The notes beneath the pieces were generated by a model. That model saw nothing but the letters and a program-made list of their open reading frames with translations, was not told the DNA's origin and did no database searches. A DNA stretch of 64,000 bases from Eledone cirrhosa (taxonomy: Eukaryota): assembly GCA_964016885.1 (NCBI GenBank), contig OZ024740.1, forward strand, positions 167,276,001-167,340,000. Direction: 5' to 3'. Positions 27,767 through 41,144 of this stretch are shown one piece after another; within the stretch, counting starts at the first letter, position 1, and every line of letters starts with the position of its first letter. A program made the translations under genes and the position numbers.

Positions 27767-27839
27767 CGTTTCTACCCCCGGGTTTCGTTCGCATTTGGAA
27801 ATATCCTATTAAGGATAAAATCTCGAGCTTCGAACTCAT
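27767..27839 (-). ncRNA. Truncated second copy of the 27157-27238 hammerhead
   Basis: Nearly identical sequence, but broken by (TA)n within CTGATGA (the plus strand reads ...gaactcat|atatata). Confidence 0.75.
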
Positions 27840-27850
27840 ATATATATACA

Positions 27851-28357
27851 TAAGTATGTATACGTACATACATATATATATACAGACGTACAGTAGTATG
27901 TACATATATATATATATATGTACGTATGGGTTTACCGAACATTTATTATAATGTAAACAAACATCCCGAATTACGCCGTACAGTGTTCGGTAACCATCGT
28001 CGCCCTTTTGTTCAACACTGACACAGGAACCATGTACTAGTTTCAAGCTTATTAGCTATCGTCAGCATCGTATACCTTTCTGTCAGATGATTGAACGTCT
28101 GAAAGTATATACTTTCCTTATGCATATTAACGGCTGAGCAGCCTAATTTGCATATCGAGTGACTTAGTCGGCCAGTCATACCGAAAACGATAAATGGAAA
28201 AGAATGAAACGAAATTTCATTTCTCACTCTTAGTACGGCTGGTACCTAAATATAGGTATGTATACGTACATACATATATGTGTACAGACTCACAGTAGTA
28301 TACATACATGCACATATATATATATATGTACGTATGGGTTTACCGAACATTTATTAT
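27851..28357. repeat. ~100-bp direct repeats (27851-27949 and 28253-28357) around a ~300-bp spacer
   Basis: gtatgtatacgtacatacatatat...gtacgtatgggtttaccgaacatttattat is present twice. Confidence 0.7.
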
Positions 28358-29713
28358 GTTTATTTACTTATTTATGTTTATTTATGTTTATTTATGTTTA
28401 TTTTCTTATCAATAGTTAGTTGCTTGCTCTGTTTGTCTCTATATATATATTTGTGTGTGTGCGTGTGTATCAAATGAAAACTAGTTTTTATTGAAAAGGT
28501 ATATTTTATATTTAAAAATATTTGTTAATATATACGCATATAAATAAGTATGTGTCTATCCAACGGACAATGAATAATATATAAATATTTTTTGTGTATT
28601 TACATACAAATTCTTATTTCCCTTATCACTTGGGCCATCTCTGAGTAAATTAGTTGTGTTTTTATGTTTGGCTCGATCCTCCTTCTTTCGGAGTTATGAA
28701 TGATAAAGAAGTATTTGATAACTGTCATTAAAATAGATAGAACATTTGTTCTAGCGAAGAAGGAAAACTATAATGAGAAACATCGAGAGTGTAAAAAATA
28801 TGTAGGAGCCATTGTGATTCTATAAAGGGCATGAGAGTTGAGAACAATTACCAATAAGTAAATCATTATACGCTACAAAATCGATGTTCCTCAGAATGTT
28901 CAAATTGAGTAACCAAACATTCAAAGAAAACTATATTCGAACGATGCAAAACACATGACATTTGTAATTTCCAGTAATATTTATCAGTAAATTGACTAGT
29001 ATTACGTTTAGTCTATATTGCAATGTATTATAATTTTCTGATCTAAAAAGTCGGTGCAGGAGGCATGCAAAACATGGCTGCCAAGATATTTTTTTCATAA
29101 TATGAAATATTTTTCACATGATTTGAATAAACTGGAAAAAGAATAGTTAATATCTGCAGTGCCAAAATATACAATGTCAAACTTTTAATAAAATTATTAA
29201 AATACGCAGAGCACGTTTGCCATAGGAATAAAGACTTTCTGACTTCTCTTACTAAATATTTCTCAAAAGAGGAGGGATTTGCTTCAATCATCAGTAGTCC
29301 ACTTCCAGCCTCAGAGCAGCAACATTATCATATTAGACACATTCTATACTAGTTCTACTGATTGTATTAGAAATCGTCGGAAAGAAGAAACGACAAGGCG
29401 AGCTGTGCTAACGCAATGCTAGAGCTTCAATATTAATTTTTAATTGAAACAAAGTAAACTACGGCTCCCTATGGGTTTTATCAGCTAATATACATAAGTG
29501 AGAAATTTATAAGCTTCTAGTTTATTTCTATCTCAGCAGAAGTGAAGTGGATAAGTAACATTGACAACCACCAAAATGGGCGAAACAAGGTTGTCAATTC
29601 TCCCCCTTGCTTTTGTTGAGACTAGGATGCGTGATAGTTGCCACTGCCTTAAAGATTCATAGCGAAATGTTTTCAAAGGTGTTTCATATAAATCTCGTAT
29701 ATTATTCGATATA

Positions 29714-29797
<84 letters not shown>

Positions 29798-30089
29798 ATC
29801 TTCCAATTCTAAATCTACTGTCCGACAAAGACACTTTCCCTGCTAGTTCAAGCGTTAAACTGATATATTTCTTCATTGTACTGTGTCGTTTGTTGTATTA
29901 TGTATATATTAGAACGTGTCTACTTCTAATATAGTTACAATTCACTATCAATATAATATAGTACACTTTTGAATAATGGTCATTCTATTTTCATGCTGGT
30001 ATATATCTGTTCGATCGGATGTTAGTCGTGATAGGCATTTTTTCTCAACATCTAAAATGTTGACTGCTACTAGATGATGAGTAAAGGAC

Positions 30090-30272
30090 AGGAGGATTGG
30101 CAGCATCGGTAGAGGTCGGACGCCATGCTTTGACACATTGAGTTACGGCCCTTGCCATTCTGAGTTCAAATCCCGCCGGGGTTAACTTTTCCTTTCATCC
30201 TTACGGGGTCGATAAAATAAAGTACCAGTAATACACTGGTGTAATAGCTGGCCTTGTGCTAAAAGTAGAAAC
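30090..30272 (+). mobile_element. SINE of the same family
   Basis: gagttcaaatcccgcc...cctttcatccttacggggtcgataaaataaagtaccag...gtagaaac followed by an ATT tail. Confidence 0.85.
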
Positions 30273-31248
30273 AATTATTATTAGCTTATTAGCATCACGT
30301 GTTGTAATCTCTGTAATAGTGGCTGATGACAGTTACTAACTGTTGCGGACTGGCAGTCACTGTGGTACCGGTTCCTCGATATGGACCAGACATGGCTAGG
30401 AAAATTCAGTTACAATGAGCTTATATAATGCGTTTGAAAGACTTGTCAATGAATTTCAATCGTTCGAATGATCAGGTGATCTTATATCTTATGTTTGTTA
30501 AACTTCAAGTAATACAAATACAGGAAGTAACATGTTAAAGGAGTGGATGTGTGTGACAGCATAGGAACTGAATATTTTCTTACTAAAATCAAATATCATA
30601 AACATACGAAATACTTCCTTATTTGTGTATTAAAGAAAACAGAAAATAAAATAATATATGGAAGAGCTTTTAATAGGGAGTATATTTATCCGCACATTTG
30701 AGATATATAAAACATTTTTAATGAGAAATGGTTTAAGGTAATCCAAGGGCAATGAAGCAATTAAACATATATTTAAATTGGACATCTTACCGATAAAGTA
30801 TCAATTCTTAATCAAGACCTCTGTAATCTGAAATCAACTATAATCTGAAATCCCTTATTCGAAAATCGGTTGTTCTATTTATATATCAAGTACATCTCTT
30901 GAATTTATTTCAGCACAGGAATATGTGTGACGATTTGCGTAAAACTATCATATACAGAATGATTTTAATATCAGTTTCCTTTTCATTGTAAATCTATGAA
31001 TAATGGTATGCAGAAAAGCTTGCTGCTGGCGTAAAGAATATCGAGAAATATGACACATTATGTGAAATAAGGAAAAAACATTTATATAGAATTCGAATAA
31101 TTTACAGAAAATTTCCGAGAGCGATTTTCATGTTACTTAAATAAAGAAGTATACGGAATATATTGAGAGAAAAAGAGAAAAAAAGGGTGAAAGAAAGAGA
31201 GAGCGAAAGAGGAAGAGAGAGACATAGAATGAGAGAGAGAGAGAGGGG

Positions 31249-31341
<93 letters not shown>

Positions 31342-32240
31342 GGATGAGGGATAGAGAGGGAAAGAGCGAGAGAGAAAAAATAGGTGCTCTGATTATTGAA
31401 AGAACGAAAACATTTAAATTATATTAAGTTAAATTTTAGCAGAAATATATGTAAAAGAAAAAAATTTTTCTTTCATAATTTTTTAGCAATTTTCTGATTT
31501 CAATCTTTAGAGATTATTCGGAAAATGATTCAGCAAAGTGAAATTGCATCTACAGAAGGTAATGTATACAAAACGAGTAAAAAAAATCTCGGTTCAGCTA
31601 GAAAGGCTTTATACTATACATGGATTGAAAGAGAATAAAGTAATAGTAAACCTAGATAGTAAGACGTGAATGGAAAATAGGATGAAATGACGAGAGGAGC
31701 AGTAGATAATAGATAGATAATCAGGCAGATTAAAAGATTGACTGAATGATTATATTTCCAGAATATATATTATATCTATTATTTCGGGTCAATGTTTGTC
31801 GGAACAACATTCCACATAAATATATATGAGTAACAGACTAGTTATTCTTAAGAAATGATAAACTAGTCTGTTACTCATATATAAAATAATAAACCAAATG
31901 ATAAACCAAAGCACTTTAAAATATTTAAAATACACTTTATTAGTTTAAAATTTATATTTCAATGGCGGTTCTTACGTTTGTATTTATACAATTATTCGTT
32001 TGTATTTGTACAATTATTTGTACAATCATCATTATAATTTAATAAATCTCTGAAGTAATTGGTGCCATAAATGGATCCGACTACTTGCGTCGTTAGCCCT
32101 TGTGTGATGGTATGGTATGTTCCCCTAACACTTGCTAGGGTCGTAGAGGCGTTTCCTGGGCATTTTAAGCCTGGTGGAAACCATCTCTCTCCAAGCCTGA
32201 GTACAATATATTTCTTCTAGAAAGTGAAACAATCAACTAG

Positions 32241-32329
32241 ACTGGTACTTTTTTATCGACCTCGAAAGGATGAAAGGTAAAGTCAGCCATTCTATCCAAC
32301 GTTCTAACGACTTTTCCAATTCGCCGCCT
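32241..32329 (-). mobile_element. Internally deleted SINE of the same family
   Basis: The plus strand actggtac...tatcgacctcgaaaggatgaaaggtaaagtc is the reverse complement of the core. The head aggcggcgaattgg lies on the minus strand. Confidence 0.7.
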
Positions 32330-32850
32330 GTGTGATAGTAATAATTTATTTGTAGTTCTACAATAACTACCTACCAACTACCTGCCATCTGATCATTGGG
32401 TAACTGCAGTGGAATTCATTTAGTTGCAAAAATTCGAACCAACTCATAGATTTGAAGATAACTTCCTTTAAGCCTGACAAGATACCGAGGGAAAAATCAT
32501 GATGCTTGCTGCCATTCCCTTCCTAACTAAACGATAATTGACATCATTGTACAACACACGGAGTGACTTTTGATTGTTATACATATTCCTTTGATAGATG
32601 AACAACTTGTCAATAAGAGCCCTTTTCTAAACGGAAATGATGTATATTTTATTTATTAACTGCAACAGACGTTATGTAGAGTTACTGCCTGTCATATTAG
32701 TGATTGCAAAATGTCTTCGGTAAAAGAGATCATTTATTTGGAATATGGAAGAAGATACAATCAAATATCTTTGTATCCACGTATCTAACATAGGTATATA
32801 TCCCCCACACTTACACACATATGCATGTATATATTTATATACCTATGCTT

Positions 32851-32890
<40 letters not shown>

Positions 32891-32939
32891 GGGTGCGCGC
32901 GCGTGTGCATGTAGGTTCATGAGTGTGTATGTGGCTGTC

Positions 32940-32986
<47 letters not shown>

Positions 32987-33429
32987 CTATGTGTGTGTGT
33001 ATGTGTGTGTGTGTGTATGCCTATATATGAATATGCGTGTGTGTGTGTGAACTCCAAGGGAATATAAGTCATGATTCTGTTGTGAAATCTTTAAGTTAAT
33101 TCTTACATCCCTCCGCTTCCTATTGTTTACATGCACTTAGCAAAGGATTCGGCCCAGCCCTAAGCAATTTTCAACAACACAATTGCATGCAAAGCTACCT
33201 TCCTATTAGCCTGACAATTTCCCATCACTTGGCAAAATGTAGGATATTTAAAGAGAATTTCTCACAAACTGGCTTTTTACTTCTTTCTATTGAATGTCAT
33301 TTTTTTTATACATATTTGATTTCATTCCTTCTCATTTACTCCTTCACCACACTATTTTTTTTATTCTTACAGGCAATTTATCTTCGTTTACATGAACATT
33401 TATATATATATTTGTGTGTGTGTGTGTGT

Positions 33430-33509
<80 letters not shown>

Positions 33510-33590
33510 ATACATATGTGCTTTTGTATGTGAGCTGTTTGATTGAAATGCATACACACATATATATACATAAGTATGTATATACATGTG

Positions 33591-33690
<100 letters not shown>

Positions 33691-34104
33691 TCCCTCACTA
33701 ACCATCTTCTACTTTCATTCTTCTCAATTCCTCCTGTATTAGTTTGGTTATTGGCATGCCTCCATTGTTTGTTTGCCGTCAACTCTTCCAGATTTGGCGA
33801 GAAGCACTTAATTAAAGATTACTGCCAAGTCGCTCCTATCGTTTATGAACATTCCGGAACTTTCCATGGATACAAGGAAAAGATGCAGCTCAAGCACAAT
33901 TGCCAAGATATACAGAAGAGAGGTTCAATATAACTTCGTGTTCATTGCCTCTAGACGTCTGTTATGATTCCATGAAAAATTAATTGTTGATTTATTAAAT
34001 GCTACTATTAAATTTATACTACACCTTACCATTTAAATACGATATATATAAAAACAAGTAGTTGAAAATATTTAGATTAAGATTTATTCAAATTTACTCA
34101 CCTC

Positions 34105-34378
34105 ATATATAATCATGAGGAACAAGTCAACTGGTTATAATTCACTTCGTTTATTCATAATCACTGCTATATATATTTTGGTGATAACCTTTATGCAACA
34201 GTTATGATTTGAACTCGATTCATTGATTTGTTTTTCAGTTTTTTTTCTGTTCAATGTCTAGCTTTCAGAGGAGGATACAACTGTTGCATAATGGTTATAA
34301 ACGAAATATATATAACAGCGATTATGATAAACGAAGTGAATTATAACCTGTTAACTTGTACTTCATGATTATAAATAT
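34105..34378. repeat. ~100-bp-arm imperfect inverted repeat with a decayed hammerhead-like motif (inverted pLTR-like)
   Basis: 34105-34203 is approximately the reverse complement of 34279-34378. The right part, cagaggag...acGAAAtatataTAacagc...ataaacgaag, resembles 43583-43650. Confidence 0.65.
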
Positions 34379-34540
34379 AATCCGGAGCAACCAGACCCAC
34401 TTGCGTACTTCGTCTAGTTCTTTACGCTGCATACTAAATTGTCGGTGGTAAACTAACACTTACTCTAATTATTATATATATATATGTGTTTGTGTGTGTG
34501 TGTGTGGGGGTGTGTGGGTGGGTGTGTGGGGGGGTTTATG

Positions 34541-34627
<87 letters not shown>

Positions 34628-36163
34628 CCACCTTTGTTCAGAATACGGCCGCATTTGAAAATTGAAAATTGAATTAGAAGTGATCGACTTATTTTTTCCA
34701 CACAAAATAGTTTAGTAATATGGCATATAACCGCAAAATTGCGTTTACAATTGTTCCTATGAATACATAACGGTAAAGAATAATTCCATCAGTTACGGTA
34801 TAACTTCTTAACTTCATAAAATCATCAATTTTCAGATGATCATTCTTTTTAATCATACAAGTTACAAACTTTAACGATTCCAAATTTATTTCAGAAACTT
34901 AATATATTCAGACTGAATGCAAACCAGCTTGTTACCTATTCAATTGGATAAGGATCGTTATGGGTACCCATAAGAAAGAACGCCTTGAGTATGCTGTCAT
35001 TCCAGGTGCATTTCGCCCATTATATTCCAGTTTAACGCATTTTGAATTTTGTCCACCGAAGCCATAAACATTTGCATGACAAGCTGCGATGTTAATTTTT
35101 CTAGTAATAAATCATATTTAACATTAACATTCTTTTTTCAGCTACAGAATCTGATTAAATTCCCACATATTTTTAGAAGTCATTAAAAAAGCTATTTCGA
35201 ATCAATGTTTCATCATAGAAATGGTTCAATAGTTTCAGTTATTATGCTGCATATACTATACGTTTAATAGTAGTAATTTAATAAGGCAAATGATGTTTAA
35301 ACTTAATAGATGTCTGACAAAACGAATCGTCTGTTTCTATGAAATTAGAGCAAGTGGAAAATTCTCATGGATGTAGAGTACTCGAGAAACTGGAGCAAAT
35401 TCTGACTGAAGTTTGTTGACATTTCAATTTGTTTCTACTTTAACCATTTAACCTTTTCGCAAATAATAAAATTTGGTCAATGGAGAAACATTATTTGGGA
35501 TCAGTAGACGATTAAAAGTCCTTAACTTTTTATGAAAAAATTGTTTGTCTGTGATTCCTTTTGATATAACTTCAATTTAAAATGAATTACAAAAACAAAA
35601 AATAATATATATAGGACTTAGTTATTGCCAGTTTAACAGTGTTTACAAGAAAATAGGGCATTAATTCAATATAAATTATTCGGGTATTTTATCAAATGAA
35701 GATGATTTAATGAGAAACCTCGCCTAAGTTTAAGAAACAGTAACCTAAAATGTAACTATACGTTTAAAAATTGTTTTATATCAAATGTCGAATTTTATCC
35801 CGTTCGTCATTCCGTGCATCTGTGTATGTTCTTTTGCTTTTGTGTGTCTGTAGGGGGCGTATTAACCTTAAAATTCAAAATATATAGAGAATAGAAGCTA
35901 CTTCCATTTACATTAGAATTATTTCAACGCAGAGTATAACAACCCCGATCCTTCTCTTTTTTTTTTTCAAGTAAATACTGCTTTATGGGAAAAAAATATT
36001 TACAATATATAAGCACGAAAGAGTTTGTATTGCTTAATTCTTATGAGGATTAAAATTCAATATTTTAGTTGCTGAAAGTTTTTTCTCTTGTAATTGTTAT
36101 ATTAAAATTCATCAAAACCAATTTGCTTCTATGTTCATACTATGTTAATGATTATGCAGTATA

Positions 36164-36347
36164 GGTCGGTGAATTGGCAGTATCGGTAGCGGGTTGGACG
36201 CCATGCTTTCTAGCATAGTTATGTTCTTTACAGTGTGAGTTCAAATCCCGCCGAGGTTAACTTTGCCTTTCATCCTTACGGGGTCGATAAAATAAAGTAC
36301 CAGTAATGTACTGGATAATTGCTGGCCTTGTGCCTAAAGTAGAAACA
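36164..36347 (+). mobile_element. tRNA-derived SINE with a Nin/Deu-like central domain and a perfect 20-bp TSD
   Basis: A-box-like tggcagtatcgg, B-box gagttcaaatccc and core gcctttcatccttacggggtcgataaaataaagtaccag. gttaatgattatgcagtata is duplicated at 36144-36163 and 36348-36367. Confidence 0.88.
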
Positions 36348-36529
36348 GTTAATGATTATGCAGTATAATATTCTAATTTAATTATAGTTTTTAATATAAG
36401 GCTGTTCGGAAAATTATTTACCCAACCCTCTGGAATAGAGAACAATTATTACGTTTGACATGCATTTTCACGAGGATAAAGAGTGGCATATCGTCAGCCA
36501 CAAGAAGAAAAAAAGAAAAAAAAATCCTC

Positions 36530-37915
36530 GTTTTTGGCAAATGAAATGGTATCCTAGACGCAAGCTGGGATAATGTGAGGCTAGCAGATAAGGGTGAAGT
36601 TGTTAAAGCCCAACGAAGTTGCTCAGACATTTCCATTGTTCTGACAGATACTGACTGGATGTTCCGAATGTGCCTATATGGATATGAACCGTGTTAATTA
36701 ATTAGTTGAACGGGTGTTGACGGGGGCACTCATCAACAAATGTTGGTTTGCTTCGCATAAGGCAATCAATGTAGAATCAATAGGATTTAATAAGGAGTAA
36801 GAATAGAGAAAATTAGACTAGAGGGTGAGCAAGTTAGAAAGATAGAAGAGGCTTTTAAGAAAGGTAACGCAATTGAACAGCTTGCAGCGAGACATTGACT
36901 CTCGAACAATTCTTTAACGTAAAGCTTGAAGTCTGCGTTGTCAAAGCTAGGATGCGTGCTCATAGACAGGAATGGACGAAGCCATTCGATGAACCCAGAT
37001 TATGGTGCACCATGACGGGCGCATGTTACCCGATCCCAAGCGAGTTTGTGCGGATTTTCAACAATAATTCGCTCAATTCTTCAGGAGCAGAAGTGGAGTG
37101 GTTCACAAGATAAATGTTAGTCCTCATTTCGAAGGTGTGCACACCCTAAACAGATATATCCTTGATAATCTCCAGCTCATGCGATACATCAAAGAGAATG
37201 TGGCTCATGAACCTGGCGAATGTGGGATCCTGATCAACTTAAATCAATCGTTATCTTTCGATAGGGGTCAACCATGGCTACCCGGTGCCAGTCCCCAAGT
37301 AGCAGGTGTCGACCTAGTTTTCAGAGGTTGGATTGTTGCAATACTCAGTGACATCTCTGCTGTGGTTAGAGTGAACGGTTACATTTCGGAATCAAATAAC
37401 ATCAATTGCTCAATCTGCCGAGGTTTCCACTGCCAATCGGTAGAAACTGCACCTTGTCGTTCTATAGATGGTGAGCGGCATGTAAAAGTGACGACGTTCT
37501 TGGGGAGATTCTGTGCGTCGACGATAATTATCTAGCTAATATTTTCCGGAGAACTTTCAGGCCAGAATCCATCGTGAGATTTCCCCACCACCTTCCTTTA
37601 GCTGAGGCGGACAGGCTGTTTTCATCAACCTTCTGGCCATGGCTAAGGCGATCCTATGATGGACATGTCTACATGGGTTGAAGACAAACAGTTTCTTCTC
37701 CTGGAAAAAGAATAGCACCAGTGTACAGCCTGTTCTAAGTATGCGCCTATAGATTGAAGGAGGACAACTAGAAGGGGCATTTCCCATATTGGGGAATTTA
37801 TTTTTTCGAATATTTACGTTTTCTTTGGTTTCTTAAAACGTTTTACACGCCAAAACACAGACTCTACCGTATTATGCCGTCCCGTAACATACTGTGCCGT
37901 GCTTAATGCATTCTT
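36530..37915 (+). mobile_element. Old, multiply internally deleted relic related to the Tx1 element at 49607-55630
   Basis: Ordered patches match ORF2 and the 3' UTR. Examples: LEQFFNVKLEVCVVKARMRA vs LDQFFNAKHEGCVVRARVRA; DNLQLMRYI...LINLNQSLSFDR vs DNLHLMRYI...LINLDQSKAFDR; 37561-37690 vs 55071-55210; ttttacacgc...taccgt in the 3' UTR. Confidence 0.85.
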
Positions 37916-37927
37916 AAGGTAAGTCTT

Positions 37928-38141
37928 GCGTGGATTGGCAGTAACGGTAGAGCGTCGGACACCATACCTTTCAGCATGGAGTTACAGCCCTTTAGGGTCT
38001 GAGTTCAAATCCCGCCAAGGTTAACTTTGCCGCCTTACATCCTTGCGGGATACATAAGATAAAGTACCAGTCACGCACTGGGGTCGATTCAATTGATTTC
38101 CCTCTCGGCAAAAATTGCTAGCCTTGTCCCTAAAGTAGAAA
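37928..38141 (+). mobile_element. SINE of the same family
   Basis: Same head, B-box, core and 3' end as 36164-36347. Confidence 0.82.
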
Positions 38142-38632
38142 AAATGATTATTATTTTTATTGAAACATATAGTCAAGCAAATTGAAAATTCCCATAAGGC
38201 AAATAGAATTTATCGAATTTTATTTCCATCAATTTATGATACTAAAAGAAATAAACAATTCGGTTGAAAATTCATGATGCAATTTAGATTACGAAATAAA
38301 ATTCAGACTATATAAAATATGTTTAAATATTACAAAAGTTTAAAAAAACACAATCATACACAAGTTATCTACATTTATATTTGTAATATGCATTGAAATA
38401 TATGTGAATTATTATATGCAAATAAACATATACAACAAAATATACGGTTTAAGTATGTTTGTGTTGGTCATGCCTGTGGCGTACACTCAGTGCTTATGTA
38501 CACGCATATACATATTTATATATATGTATAAAATGTTTTCGTATGAGCACATATTTATATATCGAAACTAGCACCACATACACTCATATATACATATATG
38601 TTCGTAAGTAATCACACATACACATGCACGCG

Positions 38633-38669
<37 letters not shown>

Positions 38670-40342
38670 TTTATATATATATATATATATAAAATTATGG
38701 ATATTTACGTTGAAATAAAGTTCTTTACGGTGATTCTGGGGTGAAGATAGTTTTGTTGAAATAAGTAAGCTCCATACTCATTAAATTTCCGCATATGGAC
38801 TCAGCCTTATACAGGCTCGTATACACTTGAAATAATCCATGGTTAGATTCAATGTGAAGAAATGTGTGACAATACTTGATCTTTGAGCTACAAGTACAAT
38901 CCATCCGATCTGTAACCTTATATATTCTGACTAACCAGTAACATTCATAAGGCACACCCATAATTCAAGTCGCTAATTTGTTATTACGATGAAAGCCTGT
39001 CATCTTACATTTTATGTGCAAATAAGAAATCTTACTGTTAAACAAGACAAGCTGTGAGTTGTCAACCAAAACCTAATGACAATGATTTGATTAAAATGCC
39101 TATCATTGAATCTATTACTTACATGAATCAGAAGGGTTTTATTGACTGCAAAAAATATCCACGAACTGACTCTTCATGATACTGATCATTTTTGCTCATA
39201 CCCTCCCTTCTATATATATATATATATATACATATATATATAAGTATATACAGAGAGAGAGAGAGAGAGAGAACGAGAGAGAGAGAGAGAGAGAGAGAGA
39301 ACGATGGGAAGAGAGATACACATATATAATATGTATGAGTGTGTAAAGGCATATATATATATATATCCAAAATTAAATTAAGGGTTGTCATGTCTAAGAG
39401 ACATGCACCATATCCACTCTAGAATAAACTCAAAGATTCCAATGAATAGATCCGAGCATTACATATCAACTAGAAATAGATTGACATATATATATATAAA
39501 ATAAATATATATATATATATATATATGGGGGGGGGTGTATGCGTGCGTGTTTGAAAAGTGAAAATATAATGCATGTGTGTGTATATATATATATGAATAT
39601 TTATTAATACCCTGTTTTAAAGATTACAACAGCATTCTATATATTTTGTTAACTATTATATTCTGTATAGCAAATTGAAAATAAAATATGTTTTACAGAT
39701 AGTCAGTCTGACTTCGAAATATTGTATTGATTTTGCCTAATAGTACAATGCTGTCAACCTTCTACTCGATAGTTAATCAACTTAAATTCAAGCGAAAATG
39801 GAAAGAATTAATAGTAATTCTGTCATTGTTGCAATTGTTATTATTTATGTTCGTTTATTGCCGTTGTGGCAATGGTGGGGGTGTTGATGGTGTTGAGGGT
39901 AGTAGAAAACTGATATTGGTAGTGTTCACATATGTATGGGTTATAGAAACTTTCTTCTCCTGTCGCCAGAAAAAATAAACAGAACAGTAGGAAAAAAATG
40001 AAAAAATATCCGGAGACAAAATGGAAAAATAAATAGCTAAATGTAGAAGGAAATCGAAGAATGGCGATATATAAGAAGTATATTGGACAAATATTTATCT
40101 AATATAGAGAGAAATGGGGGTATGAGTAAGGGTAGCATTTCCTAGGAGAATGTATAAAAACTTATTTTCCGATTACTCAAAATTTTATGGACAGACAAAT
40201 ACAAACTGTTATTACATTTATTTTATTATTTCTCTGATTATTTTTGCGAAAATAATTCTCGTTTTTATTTTTCCTTTTGCATTCTTGTTGTCGGTAGGGT
40301 TGGTGTTCATAAAGTTGCGTAGACTTACGAACAACTCACCCT

Positions 40343-40415
<73 letters not shown>

Positions 40416-40959
40416 TATATATATATATATGATATACATATATATACATATATATATTCGTACATTTACTCACAAGCACGTATACACACATAAGCACACA
40501 CACGCATATATATATATATATATATATATAAAACCAAAATTAAATATGTAATCACCCCCATTACATTCTCTCTCTCTCACACACGCAGACGCATACACAT
40601 ACACACACACACACAGAGAAACACACCCACGCATACCATGAAATAAGAAAACAATTGCTCATACGCATATTTTCCAAAAGTTCCTGATTGAAAATCACCA
40701 CTGATGCTTTGGTCTGTTTTTTTTTTATTTCCCACCACAAAGGGACCAGTGATAGACAGGCTGAAGCACACACACGCGCAAACGCACGCACTTTCCACAC
40801 TCCCCCTCACACACACACATATTTTTATATATACACTCTCACACGTACACACTCACACTCTCTAAAACCATATTCCAAAAATAGAATTGCCTTTACAACC
40901 CTACTTTTTCCAATCCCATAGAATTTGTCTGTAGATTTCAATTACCCTCTTTGTCACCC

Positions 40960-41144
<185 letters not shown>

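Larger units (their letters stand above)
26862..27839 (-). mobile_element. Non-coding repeat-spacer-repeat unit with a hammerhead in each direct repeat (retrozyme or pLTR-like)
   Basis: 26862-27230 is repeated at 27543-27839, where the second copy lacks ~70 bp. The ~300-bp spacer is unique and there is no credible ORF. Confidence 0.75.
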
